From: Acidimicrobiia bacterium
GTDB lineage: Bacteria > Actinomycetota > Acidimicrobiia > Spongiisociales > ZC4RG35
Assembly (NCBI GenBank): GCA_050050035.1
Contig: JASFVB010000002.1
Span: 1 to 40,327, forward strand
Direction of reading: 5' to 3'
DNA: 40,327 bases
The position numbers and the translations under genes were made by a program. Positions 27,142-32,900 of this stretch are shown here, in pieces (positions within the stretch are counted from its first letter, which is position 1; each line of letters starts with the position of its first letter). The notes below the pieces were generated by a model. It was given only the letters and a program-made list of their open reading frames with translations, was not told the origin of the DNA and did not search any database.

Positions 27142-28203
27142 CTACTCGACGACCCGGGTGCCGAACACCGCTTCTGAGTGCTCGTCGATCCATCGATCGA
27201 CTGCTTCCCACTGTGCCCACAACCAATCGGCTTCGGCGCGGCGATCGTGGCTGGTCGGTGGTGGCGGTGTCCAATAGGCGGCTTGGACGGTGCGTCTGAT
27301 CGGCACCCGGGCCCAGAGATCACGCAGTGAGAAGATGTCGTCGAGCCCAACATGAGCCACGAAGACCACGCTGGCGTGCGGAGCGGCATCCAAGGCGGCA
27401 AGGGTGCCGGCGGTCCTCGGTGGGAGGACATGTGTCATACGTCTCGCAGTGTCGGCACGGTCGACCTGGCCCCGAGCCTCCAACCTCTTCAGGGCCTCCG
27501 TCCTGCGTCTCGGTGTGAAGTTGCCGCCCTCCGGGAAGATGATCAACGCCCCGTCGGCTTCGATGGTCGCCGCCGAATGGCTCACCTCGTCCAACTCTCG
27601 CTGAGGATCGGGAGGATTCTGTTCGCAGAAGTGGAAAGGGAGACGACGGACCACGTGGTTGAAGAAGGGATCCCAGAGGAGCTTGGTCGTGCCGAGCATG
27701 CGCACCCGTCGCTTGTGGACCCTGATCAGCGAGTGCGCAACGAGTAGGGCATCGCCGGGCCCCGCATGACGGCTGAACACGAGAACGGGGCCTTCGGGCA
27801 GATTCTGATGGGGAAACTCGAAGTCGAACCCGATGAAGGTGCGGATCGCGGCCGTGATCATCTCGAGCCAGACGCCGAACACCCAGTGGTGGAGACGTTG
27901 GATCGGCCCGGACCTCATCCACAGCCCGAACCCGGACGCGACCCAGAGAACGAAGGCCATGAGGAGGCCAAACGTCTCCACGACGCAGAACGCGATGCCA
28001 AGCCCCACGATGCGGGTGAATCGCCAGTTCCTCCGGTCGAGGAGGTCGATGATGGCGAGAACGAGATGGAGGACAGGCGAGAGGATCGTCACGACCAGAG
28101 CACCGACGAAGGTGATCGGTGTGACGACCAAGGCCCGAACTGCGGGTGGAGGGACCCTCACATACACGTTGCCGAGGCTACGCGGCGCGGGTTGTGCGAT
28201 CAT
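27142..28203 (-). CDS. Membrane-anchored lysophospholipid (PlsC/AGPAT-like) acyltransferase
   Basis: N-terminal TM helices, then SRHAGPGD (HxxxxD block) and IFPEGGNFT (block III). ATG 28203 was chosen; the 502-aa track ORF extends antisense into the SRPBCC gene. Confidence 0.75.
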   Translation of the reverse strand: MIAQPAPRSLGNVYVRVPPPAVRALVVTPITFVGALVVTILSPVLHLVLAIIDLLDRRNWRFTRIVGLGIAFCVVETFGLLMAFVLWVASGFGLWMRSGPIQRLHHWVFGVWLEMITAAIRTFIGFDFEFPHQNLPEGPVLVFSRHAGPGDALLVAHSLIRVHKRRVRMLGTTKLLWDPFFNHVVRRLPFHFCEQNPPDPQRELDEVSHSAATIEADGALIIFPEGGNFTPRRRTEALKRLEARGQVDRADTARRMTHVLPPRTAGTLAALDAAPHASVVFVAHVGLDDIFSLRDLWARVPIRRTVQAAYWTPPPPTSHDRRAEADWLWAQWEAVDRWIDEHSEAVFGTRVVE

Positions 28204-28209
28204 CCCGGA

Positions 28210-28659
28210 ATGACCTATCCCGTCAGACCGGTGACCGTCACCGCCCGAGTCGAGGCGGACCCCGACGAGGTGTTCGCCTTCGTGTCGGATACCAGGAACG
28301 ACCCCGTCTGGTGCCCAAACGTGACCGACGTCTCCCAAACCGAGGGGAGCGGTGTGTCCCTTGGGTCGCGGTTTCGGTTCCATCAATCGGTGGAGACGGG
28401 CGGCAGGACGCTCGTCTCGGATGTCGACGTGGAGGTCGTGGAACTCGCAGAGAGATCGATCGTGTGGCGGGTCGAGGACCGTTTCCAGATTCGGGAGATC
28501 AGGCTGTCGGTGGCCGATGAGGACGAGGCTTCGCTGGTCACACAGACCACGAAGGCAGCGTTCAAACGCAAGCCGGGTTTGACCCGGTGGGTTTACCCGA
28601 TGATGGCGAAGCGGGTGTTTCGCGACCAGCTGAACCGGCTGGCCGAGCATTTCGGCTAG
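28210..28659 (+). CDS. SRPBCC (START/polyketide-cyclase-like) ligand-binding protein
   Basis: From MTYPVRPVTVTARVEADPDEVFAFVSDTRNDPVWCP the translation shows the typical SRPBCC N-terminal pattern at about 149 aa. The ATG lies 6 nt from the divergent acyltransferase ATG. Confidence 0.7.
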   Translation: MTYPVRPVTVTARVEADPDEVFAFVSDTRNDPVWCPNVTDVSQTEGSGVSLGSRFRFHQSVETGGRTLVSDVDVEVVELAERSIVWRVEDRFQIREIRLSVADEDEASLVTQTTKAAFKRKPGLTRWVYPMMAKRVFRDQLNRLAEHFG

Positions 28660-28975
28660 CAGTCCTTCTGGATTCCTTTCGCGATTGGCCTGGTTCGGGA
28701 CTGAATCCGTCCCACCCCCGTTGTTGGATGGTGGGTATGGACCGGATGACTTGCTATCCGGGTCGGGCGGGGGCCCAAATGGCCGAGTCAGCGACCATCA
28801 TCAACGCCGAGCTCGCCCGTTTCTGCGATCTGTTGGTAGAGGCTGACGTCAACCATGCTGACCGAGGTGGCAACACCAGACACGGAATTGGAGCTTTTCG
28901 AGGAGATGGCAAGACCGCCGTCGTCCGAGGTCAGGTGGGTTCCTCAGAATCGCTTTGAGTCTGCCTTTCGAGCCG

Positions 28976-29008
28976 GAAACGCCGGTTCGAATCCGGTCGG
29001 GACTGCCA
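28976..29008 (+). other. Orphan tRNA-like 3' half: T-arm, acceptor 3' strand, discriminator and encoded CCA, with no detectable 5' half
   Basis: GCCGG (28981-85) / TTCGAAT / CCGGT (28993-97), then CGGGACT (28998-29004), G, and CCA (29006-08). No AGTCCCG-type partner, D-arm or anticodon arm was found at tRNA distance upstream. Confidence 0.5.
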
Positions 29009-29107
29009 CCTCGTTCGCAGGCGGCCCGTGCGCATAGTGCTCCCCGGTGGGACATGTGTGGCTGGCGAAGAATCGGCGGTGCTTTGTCAACTTCGGCTTG
29101 GGCCGCT

Positions 29108-29869
29108 TCAGCCCTCGTCAAGCTTGTCGCCCATCAACGCACCCTCCTGTGAATGGGGTCCGCGAACAGGGTCCATCTCGCCGCCACAGACGAGGTTGTT
29201 CGCATCCGGGATGGACAGGCTCAATGCGGTAGGGCGGTCCTCACATGCGACGCCGCGGGTTTCGATCCAGGTGGCCAGACGGGGATCGGGTCGACCTGCC
29301 AGCATCTCGAACGCCCGAAGCCTTCGAACGGCGACTCTGCCCAATGCCGGTGGCAACGGGAGCCCGGAGACACCCTGCTGTATGACCAGCGCGATGCCCT
29401 CGACCGCCCGCTCATTCCAAGGGACCTCCTTACTCCGCCACGCGGTGTAGCCGTTCTCTTCCATGAACCGCTCCCGAAGCTCCTCGCTCACATTCGCCCT
29501 CTCCCATGCATGCGCCAGCTCGTGCTCGAACACCACGTCCACATCATCGGAGCAGATAGCGATCTGCCACGGCATCTGGTCGGTTCTGAACAAGCCTCTC
29601 GCACCTCCGCATGACTCCCTGTTCGGGTGGAATACAACCTCGAGGTCGGGCAATCTCAACCCGACGCTGACGTAGCGGCCGACAGGGGTCGCAAGACGTT
29701 CTTCCTGAGATGGTGTGGCGTCGACGAAGGTGAACACCGGCGTCAGCGATCCCGCGGACCCCGCCTCGTGGGCGACGACAGAATCGGCTGTGGTGAGTGT
29801 CCCCGTTCCAAGCACGAATAGGCCAGTGGCGATAGCCAGGATGGTGATGCGAGCAGACATGTCCCGCAC
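29108..29869 (-). CDS. Secreted putative zinc metallopeptidase (HExxH)
   Basis: Signal-peptide-like N-terminus (ARITILAIATGLFVLGTGTLTTA) and a single HELAH motif within VVFEHELAHAWE. The start is GTG 29869 or ATG 29860. The family was not recognised beyond the motif. Confidence 0.7.
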   Translation of the reverse strand: MRDMSARITILAIATGLFVLGTGTLTTADSVVAHEAGSAGSLTPVFTFVDATPSQEERLATPVGRYVSVGLRLPDLEVVFHPNRESCGGARGLFRTDQMPWQIAICSDDVDVVFEHELAHAWERANVSEELRERFMEENGYTAWRSKEVPWNERAVEGIALVIQQGVSGLPLPPALGRVAVRRLRAFEMLAGRPDPRLATWIETRGVACEDRPTALSLSIPDANNLVCGGEMDPVRGPHSQEGALMGDKLDEG

Positions 29870-29886
29870 CGTCCGGGACAGGCCTC

Positions 29887-29926
29887 AATCGGCGGCGAAA
29901 TCGGATTAATCGGCGATTAATCGGGC
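29887..29926. promoter_or_regulatory. AT-rich direct-repeat array (4 x AATCGG, the last two forming an 11-bp tandem ATTAATCGG-NN) in the divergent promoter region
   Basis: AATCGG occurs at 29887, 29899, 29908 and 29919. ATTAATCGGCG (29905-15) and ATTAATCGGGC (29916-26) are a tandem pair. The array lies 17 nt from each flanking GTG start codon. Confidence 0.4.
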
Positions 29927-29943
29927 CCGGATACACCAGCACC

Positions 29944-32900
29944 GTGACTCAGAGCAGCGAGGCCAAGACACAAGCCGTTAGGTTCCCGACGCACGAATCG
30001 GAGGAACCCTTGAGATTGGGCTTGCTCGGGCCACTCTCGGTGGCTCGCAACGGGTCGGAACTCGACGTGAGCGGCCCAAAACGTCGTGCGCTGCTGATAC
30101 TCCTCGCGATCAACGCCGGCGAGCCGGTCAGTGTCGATCGGATCGTCGAGTCTCTGTGGCCTGCCGAGCGCACCGGACGCGAGGAGTCCACGTTGCGCGT
30201 CCACGTCTCTCATGTGCGCGATGCGCTGGAGCCTGGTCGGGACGGGAGCCCGCGGGTCCTACTCACCCAGGGTTCTGCATACGTGCTCTCGCCCGATGAG
30301 GTGGAGGTCGACGCTCTTCGTTTTCTCGAGCTCACTGCGCGGGCCCGCGGTGAGCTCGAGTCACGGCCCGAGACTGCACTCGAACTGCTCAACGAAGCCT
30401 TGACCCTGTGGCGGGGGAGAGCTCTCCAGGACGTCGAATACGAGGAGTTCGCCCAGGAGGAGATACGCCGACTGGAGCAGGCGAGGAGCGAGGCCATCGA
30501 AGATCGGGCCCAAGCCCTAATCGAGCTCAACGAAGACTCTTCTGCCATCGAGGACCTCGAGTCACTAGTTCGTACCGACCCGACGAACGAGCGACCGGTG
30601 CAGCTCCTGATGAGGGCCCTCTACAGGACTGGGCGGCACAGCGAGGCGTTGCGAGTGAGTCGGCGGCATCGTCGCCATCTCGCCGAGCTCGGCCTCGAGC
30701 CTTCACCACGACTCACCCATCTGGAGGACCAGATTCTCCAGCACGATCCCGCTCTCCTCCCGGACGGCGCAATCGGGCCCGCCGATGTCAGACCGGGGCG
30801 CTCGATACGCGGATATGAGCTGAGGGAGGAAGCCGGCAGTGGCTCGGTGGGCGTGGTCTACAGAGCGTTCCAGCCCGCCGTAGGCCGTGACGTCGCGGTC
30901 AAGGTGATCGACCCACTCCTCGCCCAAACCCCGGACTTCGTGAGACGGTTTGCCGAGGAGGCGAGGATCATCGCCAGCCTCGAGCATCCGCACATCGTGC
31001 CGCTCCACGACTTCTGGCGGGAGCCCGGTGGGGCGTTTCTGGTCATGCGTTGGATGGACGGGGGAAGTCTCGGCGATCGACTGAGTCAACCATGGGCTCC
31101 GGACGCGATAGCGCGAGTGTTCGGCCAGCTGACCGCAGGTTTGGGCTATGCCCACGAGTCGGGGGTGATCCACCGAGACGTCAAGCCCTCGAACGTCCTG
31201 TTCGACTCGACCGGCAACGCCTACCTCTGTGATTTCGGTCTCGCGGTCACGCGTCTCGGCAGTGGAGCGGCCGATGGCCGACATCCAACTATCGAGCCTC
31301 CGTATGCCTCACCTGAAGTGCTGCGTGGAGAGGGCCCGTCGGTCGCCTCAGACATATTCGGACTCGGGGTGATGCTGGCCGAGGCGGCAGCCAGCAACGG
31401 CTATGAAGGCAGTAGCACCGCCATCGAAGGAGCGCTGGGAGAGGTGATCCGGGTGGCCACCTCACCGAACCCTGGTGACAGGTATCCCGACATGGATGCG
31501 TTTGGCGCAGCGATCCGCGACGCTCTGGGCTCGACCGTCGCTCCCGCTCCCCGCCGGTTGCGTCGTAATCCATTCAAAGGCCTCGAGGCCTTTGAGGAGG
31601 GTGATCAGGCCGACTTCTACGGTCGGGACGACGTGATCGAGAGCCTGGTCGGATCGGTCGCTGGTCACGGGCTCACGGCGGTTGTTGGCGCCTCCGGAAG
31701 CGGCAAGTCGTCAGTGGTCATGGCGGGTCTCGTGCCCGAGCTGCGCAAGGGTGCGCTCCCAGGCTCGGACGAGTGGTTCATCGTGAGAATGGTGCCGGGG
31801 GTGGATCCGTTCGACGAGTTTCACATCGGGCTTCGCAGCGCTGCCGTGGGTCGTGGGCAGACATCATCCACCGAGCGATCCCGTGAGCTGCGTGATGGGT
31901 TCATAGCTGCCCTCGATGGACCAAACTCCAGAGCGCTTCTCGTCGTCGACCAGTTCGAGGAGCTCTTCTCCAGCGCCGTCGACGGCGATGTCCGAGGACG
32001 CTTCATCGAAAACCTGGTCGACTTGGCGACAGACCCGGCACATCGGGTGAGGATCATCGTGACGTTGCGAGCCGACTTCTCGGATCGACCGCTGGCACAC
32101 CCCCGGCTGGGTGACCTCATGTCCAAGGCATCCGTTCTCCTGGCGCCGATGCGGCCCGAGCAGGTAGAGGAGGTCGTCCGCAAACCGGCAGCCAGGGTCG
32201 GCGTCCAGGTCGAGCCGGGTCTCGTCGCCGAGATCACTCGCGATGTCACCACCTCGCCGGCCTACCTCCCGCTCCTCCAGTACGTGTTGTCGGAGCTGTT
32301 CGAGCGGAGAACCGAGGACCGGTTGACGGTGAGCGCTTATCGATCGCTCGGAGGTGTCCAGGGTGTTCTCGAACGTCGCGCCGAGGCCACCTATTCATCG
32401 CTCGATCGAGGAGCTCAGCTGGCGTCCCGGCAACTGTTCCTCCGAATGGTGCACCTTGGCGAGAGCGGAGAAGAGACCAGGCGGCGATTGCCGCTGACGG
32501 AGCTCCATGGGCTGGCCGGGCGCGCTGATGCCGACGGGGCGCTGAGGGCGTTCTCCGATGCGAGGCTGCTCACATACGACCGGGACCCGGTGACCCGGAC
32601 GCCCACTGTCGAAGTGGCGCACGAGACGGTTATCGGCCGCTGGGCTCGTTATCGGATCTGGATCGACGAGGCGCGTGCAGATCTGCTGTCCCACCGCCGG
32701 ATTGCGGCAGCAGCGAGGACCTGGGAGGAGTCTGGGGAAGACCCCTCTTATCTGCTGACAGGTGGGCCATTGACCACCGCGCTCGAAGTGGTCGCCGGGG
32801 AACACATCCATCTCAACGACCAGGAGTCGAGATTCGTCCAGGAGAGCCGGTGGGCTGACGACGAGAGGAGCCAGGCCGAAGAGGAGCGCCGGCTGCATGA

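Noticed and set aside
28659-29008. A possible tmRNA (ssrA). The span is about 350 nt and ends in a T-arm, acceptor strand and CCA. Its 5' segment contains TTCTGGATTC, which is reminiscent of the E. coli tmRNA 5' region, and its ends are complementary (GCAGTCCT / GGGACTGC).
   Set aside because: The acceptor helix lacks the obligatory G1-C / G2-C / G3-U alanine identity pairs, and the discriminator would be G rather than A. I could find no resume codon or tag ORF ending in a typical ...LAA stop. The genomic context is wrong, with no smpB neighbour. It is kept only as an unexplained structured region.
28849-29121. A 90-aa minus-strand ORF and a 60-aa plus-strand ORF (28855-29037) covering the tRNA-like element.
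   Set aside because: There are no motifs and no codon-position GC bias, and both read straight through the T-arm-like sequence. It is more likely non-coding.
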